A stretch of 23,262 nt of DNA from the NCBI GenBank assembly GCA_024626585.2, contig JANKJI020000004.1, positions 52,042,510-52,065,771 of the forward strand. Reading direction: 5' to 3'. This document shows, piece by piece, positions 21,470-23,262 of this stretch; position 1 is the stretch's first letter, and each line of letters starts with the position of its first letter. The notes beneath the pieces are model-generated. The model was not told the DNA's origin. It did not search any database and saw only the letters and a list, made by a program, of their open reading frames with translations. The DNA comes from Ginkgo biloba. Its lineage: Eukaryota; Plantae; Ginkgophyta. Both the position numbers and the translations under genes were made by a program.

Positions 21470-22930
21470 AGCATTAGGAAAATCATCTGGAACTCCTATA
21501 TTTTCTTCCCTAGTATCAATGCATGATAATTTATCATGAGTCTTATGTCAAGTGTTTTATTTAATGATTACATTCATAAAACAAGAGTACCCAACAACTA
21601 ATATGTCTTTGTAGTATGGGTTTAATGACCAAATATAACAATGGTTGGTGGTTGACATAGAAATTGAGATGGCTTGCCAGAATATCGTGTTTAAACTTCT
21701 AAATGGAGTAGATCATACCAAGTCCCTTTCATTCGAATTAAAGATAATTTTTGACTTCTAAAATAAGTGGGTTGATTGATGTTCTCTTATTTGGATTAGG
21801 CTAGCGTGCTACTAATGGTATTCAATGAAGTATTGGCATGAATGTTGAACTCCTTATTCCAATATGAAAAATATAATGTGGGCGCATATATAAATTTATT
21901 TTACAAGGTATCCAATGTAAGTTGATGCTCTAGTTTCCATTCAAACAATATTCCTTTTCTTCATTTGTTGAAAGATATGTGTGCATAGTTATGAATGAAA
22001 CACTGATAATAACTAGTTAATCCCAAAAATCCTTTGAGCCATTTTGTTGTTTTAGGGATTGGAAATCATAGAATTAAAGGCAACTTTAGTAGGCTCGATC
22101 AATAATCCTTTCTTTGCAACAATGTGCCCTAAAAGATTCCTAAATGGCACCATGAAATTGCATTTTTTTGGATTAAGACAAAGTTCATTTGCTTGACATA
22201 CCTCCAACATTTGACGCACATTGTCCGAGTGATTAGTAATAAGTAAGTATAATGTTTAATCATCATCCTAGGATACCTTGGTTCTACTTCTAATTAATTT
22301 TTTGAAAATATTTAAGATAAAGTGCTAGAAGGTAGTTGAGTATTTTTGTCTGAAAGGCGTAGCGTGATATGTAAAGGTACACCACTTTGCGATGAATGTA
22401 GTTTTTAATTGATCTTCCAAAGCAATGCTAACCTGATTATAATCATTAAATCCATCGATGAAGGAAAAAACTTCATGTCGACAACTTTCTCTAGTACATT
22501 CTTGATAAATGGTAAGGGAAATGGATGCTTCTTTGTAACTTTATTCAACTCAAGGTAATCAACATTGATAAAAAGTTTTCCATTCTTTTTGCGGATGATG
22601 ACAATGTGGCTAGCCCATTCCTTGTTGTCTACTTTGTAGATATATCTTTCCTTTAACATCATTTCAATTTCTTCCTTAACTTGTTCCCTATATTGTGGAT
22701 TCATCCGATAGGCGTCACTGTTGTCTTGATTTCACCCCTTCAACTAGATCAATATGGTGTTTTCCTAGTTTCGGGGAATTACTTTTTAAATCCTTATGGG
22801 ACCAAGTGAAAACATATTAAAACTCTTGAAATATGCATGTTGTTTGTGTCACTGTGGTAGTATTTCAATAATCCCCCTTTATAATGTTCTTAGGATCAAC
22901 TTTTGCTCCAATGTTAATCTTCTAGGTTTT
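21470..22930 (-). mobile_element. Degenerate Ty3/gypsy pol (RT + RNase H), non-chromovirus (Athila/Tat-related) type
   Basis: RT: MNPQYREQVKEEIEMML...EWASHIVIIRKKNGKLFINVDYLELNKVTKKHPFPLPFI; broken xxDD motif at ~22279-22262; KCNFMV...LLGHIVAKKGLLIEPTKV. RNase H: KEFNIHANTS, NERDFGMIYSI*KFKHDIL, YVNHQPLLYLVIKP. The element probably extends to the window end. Confidence 0.92.
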
Positions 22931-23262
22931 CAACTCTTTAGATTTCATAGTGGCCATCATTTATGAGGGTATGTATAGGTGTTTCATCAATTTCCCATTC
23001 ACCATATGTTAGTTCAATTATGTGGAATTCACCAGGGTAGTAATATGTTAGTTCAGGTATATCATTATTGACAATGGGGTTGGGTTTCGGCCTCTGTCCA
23101 TCCTTCGAATGGGAATCTTCACTTGCAAACATACTATAGTAAGTCAAGGTTTTAATTTTTAAGTTTAAGTTTTGTCAAGATGACATAAATATGGGGAATA
23201 TAATGTACTACAACCACCCAAGTTGCTCGACTATTCTTTTGGCAACACATGGGATAGAAGAT

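Overview
Land-plant nuclear DNA from a gappy draft scaffold. A gymnosperm is my best guess, inferred from the PPR and retroelement sequence styles. There is one apparently intact host gene, on the minus strand: a TPR+PB1 protein of the Phox/CLMP1 (MadB myosin-adaptor) family at about 1512-3620. It has one 191-bp phase-1 intron, and its start codon is probably hidden in the N gap at 3621-3720. The remaining ~19 kb is mostly decayed material: several Ty3/gypsy fragments (gag-protease, CRM-like gag, chromovirus integrase with PPT/LTR, non-chromovirus RT-RNase H), the 5' half of a hAT (BED + DUF659) transposon, and a PLS-class PPR pseudogene. I find no convincing new multi-gene system. The most interesting signal is the Phox gene: from my recollection of the family, it joins a Phox1/HIP-type body to a CLMP1-type terminal exon, and intron retention would remove that exon. 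All homology calls are motif recognition by eye, not database results.
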